The notes under the pieces: model-generated
The model's input: only the letters and a program-made list of their open reading frames with translations
Databases searched by the model: none
Told to the model about the DNA's origin: nothing
Shown: positions 18,413 to 27,488 of the stretch, in pieces
How the letters are laid out: each line of letters starts with the position of its first letter
Position numbering within the stretch: the first letter of the stretch is position 1
From: a bacterium
Lineage (GTDB): Bacteria > Patescibacteriota > Minisyncoccia > Phycocordibacterales > UBA9973
Assembly (NCBI GenBank): GCA_021824345.1
Contig: JAKAKW010000002.1
Location: 22,552-86,551, forward strand
Reading direction: 5' to 3'
DNA: 64,000 nucleotides
Translations under genes and position numbers: made by a program

Positions 18413-18485
18413 TCCGCCCACTCGGGATCGAACCGAGGACCTTCTCCTTAAAAGGGAGCTGCTCTACCATCTGAGCTATGGGCGG
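18413..18485 (-). tRNA. tRNA-Lys (anticodon UUU)
   Basis: Cloverleaf folded by hand from the reverse complement: acceptor CCGCCCA/TGGGCGG, anticodon loop CUUUUAA, T-arm CTCGG-TTCGATC-CCGAG. No encoded CCA. Confidence 0.8.
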
Positions 18486-18581
18486 AATTGAACTTATCGC
18501 AATGCCTGGCCTTTGCGCGCAAAGGGGAAGCATCGCGGAACAAGCCAAATATATAAGAAAATTACGGGAAAATCAAATTAT

Positions 18582-19130
18582 CTACCCTTGCTGTTTCAGC
18601 CAGTCGATCATTTTTTGGAACGTACCCGGCCCGGCATTGCCGTCTGCGGTGAGCCCTTGCGCTTTCTGGAAGGCCGATACGGCCGTGACAGTGCTTTTGC
18701 CGTAGTCGTTATCTGCCTTCAAGGACGAGTTTCCGTATACCTGCAGGAACTTTTGAACCGTACCTACGCGGGTGCCCTGGGATTTTTCTTTCATTACGAT
18801 ATTATCGCTGATCAGCTTCTGCAGTTGGCCTATCAGATCCTGATATTTATATGTTGTCGAAGGGGTCTGGCTCTGGGAAGGAGACGGGGCCGGCTGTTCC
18901 GCCGAAGGGGCGCCGGAGGCGGGCTGGTTTTCCGATTGCAAAGCCGCCAGCTGGTCTTGCAGACTGCTCACCTGGTCCTGTAATTCCTGGTTCTGCTTGG
19001 AAAGCTCGGCCTCTTTCTGTTTTTCCGCGCTCAAGCTTCCGGGTTCTAGAGTTGCGAAGGCCCAATATCCCACGATGGCCAAAGCGACCAAGACGATTAA
19101 AAGAATCAATGCCGATTTAAATTTTTTCAT
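18582..19130 (-). CDS. membrane-anchored protein with a coiled coil and a C-terminal peptidoglycan-binding (PG_binding_1-like) domain
   Basis: N-terminal TM segment. The C-terminal YGKSTVTAVSAFQKAQGLTADGNAGPGT matches the PG-binding motif. Confidence 0.55.
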   Translation of the reverse strand: MKKFKSALILLIVLVALAIVGYWAFATLEPGSLSAEKQKEAELSKQNQELQDQVSSLQDQLAALQSENQPASGAPSAEQPAPSPSQSQTPSTTYKYQDLIGQLQKLISDNIVMKEKSQGTRVGTVQKFLQVYGNSSLKADNDYGKSTVTAVSAFQKAQGLTADGNAGPGTFQKMIDWLKQQG

Positions 19131-19302
19131 CGCATTTTGATTATATCATTCTTGTGTGAAATGCAAAAATACTGTAACATTTAGAGATGTTGAAGTTTAG
19201 GATAAACAAAACATTGATCTATCTTTTGATTTTTACCGTAGCCACCTCCGCAATTGCGTACAATCTGGTCGTGCGGGCGTATGACGACGCTTTTAATATC
19301 GG

Positions 19303-20931
19303 TTACTTGTCCGCCGGAATGTAATTTTTTATCAAACCGTCCACCATTTCCGGCTGGCTCGGATACAGGAACGAAAGCCAGTGCTTGGCCATGGCGCCGT
19401 TTCCCTCGGCCAAATAAAGAAATGCAAGGTTTTCATAAGCGCCGGCATACGGATATTGCTGTTCCAGGGCTTCAATATATAACTCTCTTGCCTTGGCATA
19501 ATCGCCTAGCTTGAAATATACCAGGCCGAGATTATTCAAACCTTTTGAATATACAGGCTTGATGCTTCTTGAATGTTCCAGTTCCTGTTTTGCCTTTTCC
19601 AAATCCCCGTCAAGGATATATACCGCTCCGGCGTTGGAGGATGAAAGCACGCTGTCCGGAGCGCATTTTGCATCGGCAAGAAACAGCTGTTTTTCCGTGA
19701 GCCAATCGCTTTGGCGGTTGAAAGCGATAATCGTGTATGCAAGGAAAATGGCAATCGCAAGAAAAGCCGTTATCCAAAAGGCTCCGGTTTTGCCCCGCCT
19801 TGCCCGTTCAAATATCCAGCCGGATGTTTTCCACAGCAGAAAAATCACCAGGAAGCATATTCCCAGGGAGGGGAACAGGAAAAGGCGCTCCCCGGCGATG
19901 GTCCCTATTCCGAAGAAGAAATTGGAAACGGGCAGAAATGAAAAGATGAAAATTCCTGCGCCGAGCGAAACCGCCGGCTGTTTTTTTATGAACGCGAAGA
20001 ACAGAAAGACCATGAGGATGAAAAAAGCGAGGCCGAGCAGGGCGTCCGCGCTTTCAAAATTATGGATTACCGGTATCTGATTGAAGGAATAGTCGGAGCA
20101 AAGGTTTAAGGGTACGAATGTTTTTGAAACATACATCCACAGCACCTTCAAAGCGGTCGCTACGCGCGATATGGGATCTGCGTATAGAAGCGGATTTTCC
20201 ACCATGCTGGTTTTTACTCCGCCGATATAGTTTTGGGGAGTCAGGGCGAAAAAGCGGGCGAAGAAGTAGAAAGCGGCGGCAAGTATTGCGGCGTAAATCG
20301 GGCGGAAATTTTCTTTCCAGAATTTCCGGCCGAAGCTTTTTTCCCTGAAGAAAAGAATCAGAAAGACCAGCGGAACAGCCGCCACGGCGATTTCTTTTGA
20401 ACAGATTGCCAGGAATACCCATAGTCCCACGAGCCAGAATCTGGGCTTCTTTTCTCTGGCGGATTCGAGCATGGCCAGTATGGAAAAGAGCAGGGCCAAG
20501 ATATCCGCTCGGCCGGTAATATTCGCCACCGCTTCGGTATGAATGGGAAGGACAAGAAAAAGCAAAGCCGCCGCAAGCGCCGGAGCTTTGCTTTTGAATA
20601 TTCTTTCGGCCAAGAGATATATGAAGAAACAGGCCAATAAGTACAGCAAGATGTTTTCCAAATGAAACCAAGCGGGGCTTTGACCGAAAGCGGAAAGATC
20701 AAAAGCGAAATTTGCGATGGACAATGGGCGGTACAGCGCCGTGCCGCTGTCCCAATACGGATGCAAAAGTATTTGTCCGAGATTGCCGCCCGTCAGCCAA
20801 CTCGAGTTATCCAAAATATAGATATCGTCCTTTACAAAGTTTCCCGCCAGAGACTGGCCGTAGATTAAAATGACCAGAAAGAAAAAAAGGAAGAATATGG
20901 CCCGCTTCTTTTTCAGCATGTCTTTCAGCAT
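19303..20931 (-). CDS. polytopic membrane GT-C (PMT/TMTC-like) glycosyltransferase candidate with C-terminal TPR repeats
   Basis: Many TM helices. DD motif (VKDDIYILDN) in the first loop. C-terminal TPR-like LGLVYFKLGDYAKARELYIEAL. Confidence 0.5.
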   Translation of the reverse strand: MLKDMLKKKRAIFFLFFFLVILIYGQSLAGNFVKDDIYILDNSSWLTGGNLGQILLHPYWDSGTALYRPLSIANFAFDLSAFGQSPAWFHLENILLYLLACFFIYLLAERIFKSKAPALAAALLFLVLPIHTEAVANITGRADILALLFSILAMLESAREKKPRFWLVGLWVFLAICSKEIAVAAVPLVFLILFFREKSFGRKFWKENFRPIYAAILAAAFYFFARFFALTPQNYIGGVKTSMVENPLLYADPISRVATALKVLWMYVSKTFVPLNLCSDYSFNQIPVIHNFESADALLGLAFFILMVFLFFAFIKKQPAVSLGAGIFIFSFLPVSNFFFGIGTIAGERLFLFPSLGICFLVIFLLWKTSGWIFERARRGKTGAFWITAFLAIAIFLAYTIIAFNRQSDWLTEKQLFLADAKCAPDSVLSSSNAGAVYILDGDLEKAKQELEHSRSIKPVYSKGLNNLGLVYFKLGDYAKARELYIEALEQQYPYAGAYENLAFLYLAEGNGAMAKHWLSFLYPSQPEMVDGLIKNYIPADK

Positions 20932-21011
20932 CCATTTATGATATCACTTTTTTGGTGTATATTGGGATGACGGAATCGTTCCGGCGGCTGTCGGGACGGA
21001 CAACAGGAACT

Positions 21012-23243
21012 ATGGCCAAAACAGGCAAAAACTTCATATTAAAAAGCCCGTTTGCTCCCGCTGGGGACCAGCCCAAGGCTATTGCCGAACTCTCAAAAGG
21101 ATTGCAAAAAGGAATGCGAAAGCAGACCTTGCTCGGCGCCACCGGCACGGGCAAGACTTTTACCATGGCCAACGTGATTGCGGAATATGACAAGCCGACC
21201 CTGGTCATCGCGCACAACAAAACCCTGGCCGCCCAACTGGCCCAGGAATTTCGCGAATTTTTTCCGGATGCCGCCGTGCACTATTTCGTTTCATACTACG
21301 ACTATTATCAGCCGGAAGCGTATATGCCGGTGTCGGACACATATATAGAGAAGGACGCGCAGATAAATCAGGAGATCGACCGCCTGCGCCACGCCAGCAC
21401 CCAGGCTCTGCTTACCCGGCGGGACGTGATCATTGTGGCGAGCGTTTCCTGCATCTACGGATTGGGATCTCCGGAGGAATATGAGCGGGTAAACTTGAAA
21501 CTGGAGGTCGGCATGAAGGCGGACCGCACGGCCCTGATGAAAAAACTCATCAGCATATACTTTGAACGCACCAATGCAGACCTTCTGCCGGGCACCTTCC
21601 GTGCAATCGGTTCGCGGGTGGAATTCATGCCCGTATCCGAGACGGTAATGTATCAGGCGGAGCTTGAGGGAGGAAAAATTTCCAAGATTTTGAAAGTAGA
21701 CCCGGTGTCTTCGCATGTGCTGTCAGAGGAAAAAAGCGTTTTTATTTTCCCCGCCAAGCATTTCATCACGGAAGAGTCCGCAAAGAAAAGAGCGGTCGCC
21801 GATATCCGGGCTGAACTGAAGCAGCAGCTTAAAAAGTTTGAAAAAGAAGGAAAACTTTTAGAGGCTGAACGCTTAAAACGCAGGACGAATTATGATTTGG
21901 CAATGATCCAGGAAATCGGCTATTGCAACGGCATAGAAAATTATTCCAGGCATCTTTCCGGGAAGTCCCCCGGCCAGCCTCCGGAGACGCTGCTGTCATA
22001 TTTTCCGCACGCAAGTGCTGGAACAGGCAAGAACCTTTCTCTTCGGGGTGTCTCGCAGCGCGTCGGCGCGAGAGGCAGCGCCGGCCCAGCGGGGCCAGAC
22101 AGCGACCCCGAAAAGGAAGGCTCCTTACCTGTTCCGGATTTCCTTACGATCATAGACGAATCACATGTGACCTTGCCCCAGCTTTCCGGCATGTATGCCG
22201 GGGACGCATCCCGCAAAGAAACCTTGGTGGAGTATGGCTTCCGCCTGCCGAGCGCCAAGGACAATCGTCCTTTAAAATATGAGGAATTTCAGGAACGTAT
22301 AGGACCGGTGATTTACACCAGTGCCACGCCGGGAGAACAGGAGAGGGAAGAAAGCGCCCAGATAGTGGAGCAAATAATACGGCCGACAGGGCTTTTGGAT
22401 CCGGAGATATCCGTTCGTCCGATCAGTGAAAAAGGGAAATACCCCGGCCAGATACAGGATTTCATCGCGGAGGCAGAGAAGACAGTAAAGAATGGATTTA
22501 GGGTGTTGGCGACCACTCTCACCAAAAAAATGGCGGAGGATTTGTCCGCATATCTTAAAGAAAGAAAAATCAAGGCCGAATATTTGCATAGCGAGATAAA
22601 GACCATATACCGCATCCGCATTATCACCAAATTCCGCAAAGGCGAGTTTGACATTCTGGTGGGAGTGAACCTGTTGCGCGAGGGATTGGATCTTCCGGAG
22701 GTCGCCCTGATCGGAATCTTGGATGCGGACAAGGAAGGATTCCTCCGCTCTGAAACCGCCCTTGTCCAAACCATTGGCCGGGCCGCCCGGAATTCCGAAG
22801 GGCGGGTGATTCTTTATGCGGATGTTCCGACCGGTTCAATGCAGAGGGCTATAGAAGAAACCAACCGCCGGCGGGAGATCCAGATTGCGTACAACAAAAA
22901 ACATGGCATCACCCCGAAAACGATCATGAAGAATATCAAGGACATTGCCCAGGAACTGGAAAGCGAACACGACAAGGCGGTGGGGGCGGAGCTGTCTCTT
23001 GATACCGAGCTGTTTAAAAAAATATATGCCAAAGAGCTCGGGAATAAAGGGAAGACAGAGAGCCAAACACTCCGGAACGCGGCCCTGTCGGATGATGAAA
23101 GGGACAAGCTGGTGTATGAAAAAATAATCAAGATAAAAGAAAAAGACATGAGGAAAGCGGTAAAAGAGCTGGATTTTGAAACCGCGGCCATTCTTCGGGA
23201 CGAAATTTCCGCGCTGAAAGAGAAAATGGAAAAAGCCGAGTAG
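21012..23243 (+). CDS. uvrB: excinuclease ABC subunit B
   Basis: FKL.SPFAPAGDQP, GATGTGKTF, DESH and C-terminal UVR motifs. Start taken at MAKTGKNF (the ORF is open from 20952). Confidence 0.9.
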   Translation: MAKTGKNFILKSPFAPAGDQPKAIAELSKGLQKGMRKQTLLGATGTGKTFTMANVIAEYDKPTLVIAHNKTLAAQLAQEFREFFPDAAVHYFVSYYDYYQPEAYMPVSDTYIEKDAQINQEIDRLRHASTQALLTRRDVIIVASVSCIYGLGSPEEYERVNLKLEVGMKADRTALMKKLISIYFERTNADLLPGTFRAIGSRVEFMPVSETVMYQAELEGGKISKILKVDPVSSHVLSEEKSVFIFPAKHFITEESAKKRAVADIRAELKQQLKKFEKEGKLLEAERLKRRTNYDLAMIQEIGYCNGIENYSRHLSGKSPGQPPETLLSYFPHASAGTGKNLSLRGVSQRVGARGSAGPAGPDSDPEKEGSLPVPDFLTIIDESHVTLPQLSGMYAGDASRKETLVEYGFRLPSAKDNRPLKYEEFQERIGPVIYTSATPGEQEREESAQIVEQIIRPTGLLDPEISVRPISEKGKYPGQIQDFIAEAEKTVKNGFRVLATTLTKKMAEDLSAYLKERKIKAEYLHSEIKTIYRIRIITKFRKGEFDILVGVNLLREGLDLPEVALIGILDADKEGFLRSETALVQTIGRAARNSEGRVILYADVPTGSMQRAIEETNRRREIQIAYNKKHGITPKTIMKNIKDIAQELESEHDKAVGAELSLDTELFKKIYAKELGNKGKTESQTLRNAALSDDERDKLVYEKIIKIKEKDMRKAVKELDFETAAILRDEISALKEKMEKAE

Positions 23244-23295
23244 CCGTGCTATACTAAACGGAGTTTAATATGTAGATACACACCCCCATGGAACA

Positions 23296-26007
23296 ATGCG
23301 GGGTGCGATTGTCGTTATGCCAAAGAAAACGGCCGAGAGCCGAAAAAACCAAGAAAATAAAGGGTCAATTGCCCGCCAGGGAGGAGAACACTCACATGAT
23401 GAATCCGGACGGATAGTGATAAAGGGCGCCCGCACTCACAATCTCAAGAGCATAAATGTGGAGATGCCCCGCAACAAAATGATCGTACTGACGGGGGTAT
23501 CCGGATCGGGCAAAAGTTCTCTCGCTTTTGACACCGTCTTTGCCGAAGGCCAGCGCCGTTACGTGGAGTCGCTTTCTTCTTATGCCCGCCAGTTTCTGAA
23601 TCAGATGCCCAAGCCCGACGTGGATGAAATCAGCGGACTCTCTCCGGCCATTTCCATAGATCAAAAATCCCGTTCCAACAATCCGCGTTCCACAGTGGCG
23701 ACCATTACGGAAATATACGACTATCTGCGCGTGATGTACGCTCGCATCGGCCATCCGCACTGCCCGGTGTGCGGAGAGGAAATCAAAAAGCTTTCCAATG
23801 AGGAAATTTTCAACTTCATCATGGGCAAGTTGAAGGATTTTGAGAAGAAGAACAAGCGAAAGGTAATGGGCGTTGAATGGAACGAGACCGAAATGAGCAT
23901 TTTTTCTCCGGTCGTGCGAGGCCGCAAAGGCGAGTATTATCAATTGCTTTACGACTTGCTGGGCAAGGGCTTTTCCGAGGTGCGCCTGGACGGGACAATA
24001 AAGAAACTTCGCGAACAGATCGTACTTTCCAAGAATAAGGCGCACAATATTGATGTGCTGGTGGATCGTTTCTCTCTGCATGAATTTGACGCGGACAAGG
24101 AAGGAAGCGCGATGCGCTTGTCCGAAGCCATTGAGCGGGCCCTGCTTGAATCCGAGGGGCTGGTGGCCATCAAAATAGGGGAGGAAGAGGAGTTTATCAT
24201 GTCTGCCAAGTTCGCCTGCAAGAACGACGGATTTTCTTTTCCGGAAGTGGAGCCCCGGCTTTTTTCTTTCAACTCTCCGTACGGAGCCTGCCCCTCTTGC
24301 AACGGGCTGGGCACCAAATACTTCGGCGGGACGGAGCTGTGCGACGAATGCCGCGGCGCCCGCTTGCGCTCCGAGGCTTTGCACGTATATTTATATGCCG
24401 GGCCCGAACATTCTTCCGCCAAGGAAAATAGAAAAAATATTTTAGACCTGTCTTCCTTGTCCATCGCCGAGGCGGCTGAATTTTTTAAGAAGCTGAAGCT
24501 GTCTGAAAAAGAGCGGGAGATATCTCTGCCGGTGGTAAAGGAAATAGAGGCCCGCCTCCAATTCATGCTGGACGTGGGTTTGGATTATCTGCAATTGTCC
24601 CGCAAGGCAAACACCCTTTCCGGCGGAGAGGCCCAGCGCATAAGGCTGGCCAGCCAATTGGGTTCCCGGCTGGTGGGCGCCCTGTATGTGCTCGACGAAC
24701 CCACTATCGGCCTGCATCAGCGCGACAACGACCGGCTGATCCGAACTCTTTTAAACTTGCGGGACTTGGGCAACACCATTTTGGTGGTGGAGCACGACGA
24801 AGACACGATTTATGCTTCCGATTATATCGTAGATATAGGGCCGAAGGCGGGAGTGCACGGCGGAGAAGTGGTGGTTTCCGGATATTTGGACGATCTGCTT
24901 ACCGCAAAAAAGAACGCGAGCGAATCCCGCACTCTTTCGTATTTGCGGGGAGAAGAAAAAATATTAGTGCCGGAAAAGCGGCGGAGCGGGAAAGGCGCTC
25001 TGCGGGTGGCGGGAGGAAAAATTTTCAACATCAAGAACATGAATGTGGATATTCCGCTCGGAGTGATGAGCGTGATCACCGGCGTGTCCGGGAGCGGAAA
25101 AAGCTCCCTTATGTATGAGATTATATACAAAAACCTGCAAGCCAGATTTGAGCGCAAATATCGTTCCGCGCAGACGTTCAATTGCGCTTCTTTTTCGGGC
25201 ACGGAGTATCTCTCTCGGGCCATACTCATAGACCAGTCGCCCATCGGCAGAACTCCCCGCTCCAATCTTGCCACCTACACGGGCGCTTTTACTCATATCC
25301 GGGAGCTTTTTGCCGCCACTGAAGACGCCAGGCTGAGAGGATGGAAGCTGAATCGATTTTCTTTCAATGTTAAAGGGGGCCGGTGCGAGGCCTGCGAAGG
25401 GAACGGCATGATCGCGGTGGAAATGCACTTCTTGCCGACGGTATACGTTACTTGCGACGTGTGCGGAGGCAAGCGCTTTGACAAAGAAACCCTGACGGTA
25501 AAATACAAGAAGAAAAATATTTATGAGGTGCTGAAAATGACAGTCGAAGAAGGATTGGAATTTTTCAAAGACATTCCCGCCATTGCCGACCGCTTGCATA
25601 CTCTGTTTGACGTGGGGCTCGGATATCTTGAACTCGGCCAGCCAGCCACCACTTTGTCCGGCGGAGAGGCGCAAAGAGTGAAAATATCCAGCGAGCTGTA
25701 CCGCCCGCATCTGGAAAAGACCATATATCTCTTGGACGAACCGACTGTCGGCCTGCATTATGACGATGTGGCAAAGCTTCTGGAGGTTCTCGGAAAGCTT
25801 GTTGCGCACGGCAATACAGTGGTGCTCATCGAGCACAACCTGGACATTGTGAAGAGCGCGGATTATATAATAGATATCGGGCCGGAAGGGGGAGTGGGTG
25901 GTGGAACGCTCGTCGCCAAGGGTACGCCGGAGGATGTGGCCAATAATTCCAAGAGTTATACCGGACAGTATCTGAAAAAAGTTCTAAGAAATGCGGGAAG
26001 AATATGA
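23296..26007 (+). CDS. uvrA: excinuclease ABC subunit A
   Basis: Two ABC ATPase modules (GVSGSGKSSL twice), LSGGEAQR signature, zinc-finger CxxC motifs. Confidence 0.9.
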   Translation: MRGAIVVMPKKTAESRKNQENKGSIARQGGEHSHDESGRIVIKGARTHNLKSINVEMPRNKMIVLTGVSGSGKSSLAFDTVFAEGQRRYVESLSSYARQFLNQMPKPDVDEISGLSPAISIDQKSRSNNPRSTVATITEIYDYLRVMYARIGHPHCPVCGEEIKKLSNEEIFNFIMGKLKDFEKKNKRKVMGVEWNETEMSIFSPVVRGRKGEYYQLLYDLLGKGFSEVRLDGTIKKLREQIVLSKNKAHNIDVLVDRFSLHEFDADKEGSAMRLSEAIERALLESEGLVAIKIGEEEEFIMSAKFACKNDGFSFPEVEPRLFSFNSPYGACPSCNGLGTKYFGGTELCDECRGARLRSEALHVYLYAGPEHSSAKENRKNILDLSSLSIAEAAEFFKKLKLSEKEREISLPVVKEIEARLQFMLDVGLDYLQLSRKANTLSGGEAQRIRLASQLGSRLVGALYVLDEPTIGLHQRDNDRLIRTLLNLRDLGNTILVVEHDEDTIYASDYIVDIGPKAGVHGGEVVVSGYLDDLLTAKKNASESRTLSYLRGEEKILVPEKRRSGKGALRVAGGKIFNIKNMNVDIPLGVMSVITGVSGSGKSSLMYEIIYKNLQARFERKYRSAQTFNCASFSGTEYLSRAILIDQSPIGRTPRSNLATYTGAFTHIRELFAATEDARLRGWKLNRFSFNVKGGRCEACEGNGMIAVEMHFLPTVYVTCDVCGGKRFDKETLTVKYKKKNIYEVLKMTVEEGLEFFKDIPAIADRLHTLFDVGLGYLELGQPATTLSGGEAQRVKISSELYRPHLEKTIYLLDEPTVGLHYDDVAKLLEVLGKLVAHGNTVVLIEHNLDIVKSADYIIDIGPEGGVGGGTLVAKGTPEDVANNSKSYTGQYLKKVLRNAGRI

Positions 26008-26011
26008 ACAA

Positions 26012-26092
26012 GAAAAAAAGAGGTGGGAGGCCTTGCCTCCCACCAAAAAAGATGTGTTCTGCCAGAACATAAAATAAAAAGTGGGAGGCAAG
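26012..26092. repeat. pair of GC-rich palindromes (family A): GTGGGAGGC-ctt-GCCTCCCAC and GTGGGAGGC-aag-GCCTCCCAC
   Basis: Perfect 9-bp stems at 26013-26033 and 26071-26091. Located inside the N-terminal extension of the uvrC ORF, upstream of its likely start. Confidence 0.7.
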
Positions 26093-26124
26093 GCCTCCCA
26101 CCGGGCCTCGCTGACTTCAAAATC

Positions 26125-27432
26125 ATGAGAGCAGAAACATTTAAAAAATATAATTTGCCTGACAAGCCCGGAGTGTATTTTTTTCTGAAAGGGAAGCAGA
26201 TCCTATACATCGGCAAAGCAACTTCGCTCAAGAGCAGGGTGAAAAGCTATTTCTCCCGCGATCTTTTTGAAACCCGCGGTCCGCTTTTGGTGGAGATGCT
26301 CGCCAAGGCTACTCGCATTGAATGGCAAGCAACCGACAGCGTACTGGAAGCGCTGATCCTTGAAGCCAAACTGATCAAAAAGCGCCAGCCGAAATACAAT
26401 ACGGATCAGAAATCTGACAAAAGCTGGAACTATGTCTGTATTACCAAAGACCCTCTGCCGAAAGTGGTGCTGAAAAGAGAGCGCCAGCTTGAATTTGATG
26501 AAGAGAAAGCATATCGCGCGAGCTACGGGCCGTTCACCCAGGGCGGTCAGCTGCGCGAAGCTCTGAAAATCATTCGGCGCATCTTTCCTTATCTGGATGG
26601 CAGTTCAAAGCAGGGTTATGAGTTTTACAAACAGCTGGGTTTGGCGCCGGATTTGGCAAAAAAGAAAGCGTATTTGGAAAATATAAAAAATATCAGGCTT
26701 CTTTTTGAAGGAAAAAAGAAGAAAATTCTGAAAGACCTGGAGAAGAAGATGAAGGAATTTGCCAAAAGGAGTGAGTTTGAAATGGCCGGAGAATTCAAGC
26801 GCCAGCTTTTCGCCCTTAAGCATATAAATGACATCGCTTTGCTCAAGAACGAAAGCACGGCTTCGCAAAGATATGTTTTTCCTCAGGTCCTCGGTTCTCC
26901 TCGCCATAGGTCTGCTCCTGCGGAGCTGGAAGCTCGGCCAGACCATTCGGAAAGACATATCTTTGCTTTTCCGTTTAGGATTGAGGCATATGACGTTGCC
27001 CACATGGGCGGGAAGAATATGGTGGGGGTGATGACGGTGGTGGAAGACGGGCAGGCGGTAAAAAGCCAGTATCGCAAATTCAAAATCCGTACCAGGGAAG
27101 ATGCCGATGATACCGGCGCATTGCAGGAGGTGCTCTCCCGCCGCTGGGCGCACGAAGAGTGGCAATATCCGAACCTTATAGTGGTGGACGGCAGTACGGC
27201 GCAGATAAATGCGGCAGAAAAGGTTTTGCGGGAGGCCGGCTTGCCCGCAAAAGGCGCCGGCATTCCCGTTCTCTCCGTAGTCAAGGACGAGCGCCATCGC
27301 CCCAAGGCCATAAAAGGGGACAGAACCCTGGCCCGCAAGTATGAAGCTGAGGTTCTCCTTGCCAACAGCGAGGCTCACCGCTTTGCCATCGCCTACCACA
27401 AGAATCTCCGCAACCGGAATTTTTTGAACTAG
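26125..27432 (+). CDS. uvrC: UvrC-like excinuclease (GIY-YIG domain plus RNase H-like endonuclease domain) lacking the C-terminal (HhH)2 domain
   Basis: GIY-YIG motif PGVYFF...ILYIGKA..LKSRV.SYF. YDVAHMGG endonuclease domain. Ends at about 436 aa with no helix-hairpin-helix. Confidence 0.75.
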   Translation: MRAETFKKYNLPDKPGVYFFLKGKQILYIGKATSLKSRVKSYFSRDLFETRGPLLVEMLAKATRIEWQATDSVLEALILEAKLIKKRQPKYNTDQKSDKSWNYVCITKDPLPKVVLKRERQLEFDEEKAYRASYGPFTQGGQLREALKIIRRIFPYLDGSSKQGYEFYKQLGLAPDLAKKKAYLENIKNIRLLFEGKKKKILKDLEKKMKEFAKRSEFEMAGEFKRQLFALKHINDIALLKNESTASQRYVFPQVLGSPRHRSAPAELEARPDHSERHIFAFPFRIEAYDVAHMGGKNMVGVMTVVEDGQAVKSQYRKFKIRTREDADDTGALQEVLSRRWAHEEWQYPNLIVVDGSTAQINAAEKVLREAGLPAKGAGIPVLSVVKDERHRPKAIKGDRTLARKYEAEVLLANSEAHRFAIAYHKNLRNRNFLN

Positions 27433-27457
27433 GGCGTAGGGTACCCCTCCGCCCTAG
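27429..27457. repeat. GC-rich palindrome (family B): ctaGGGCGTAGGGTACCCCTCCGCCCtag
   Basis: Seen directly; one mismatch in the stem. Confidence 0.65.
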
Positions 27458-27488
27458 AATTTTGGTGTAAAGATGGTACTATTAATTT

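Noticed and set aside
18363-18548. 61-aa minus ORF covering tRNA-Lys
   Set aside because: The sequence folds into a canonical tRNA-Lys cloverleaf; the ORF is an artefact of the tRNA sequence.
23392-25836. Long minus-strand ORFs (330, 205 and 290 aa) antisense to uvrA
   Set aside because: They lie entirely within the well-supported uvrA coding region, whose ABC motifs are intact. Long antisense ORFs of this kind are expected in roughly 50% GC coding DNA, and none has a recognisable motif.
26012-26092. Paired identical palindromes considered as a CRISPR array
   Set aside because: Only two repeat units, each self-complementary with a 3-nt loop, separated by 37 bp, and no cas genes. The pattern fits REP/terminator-like elements, not CRISPR repeats and spacers.
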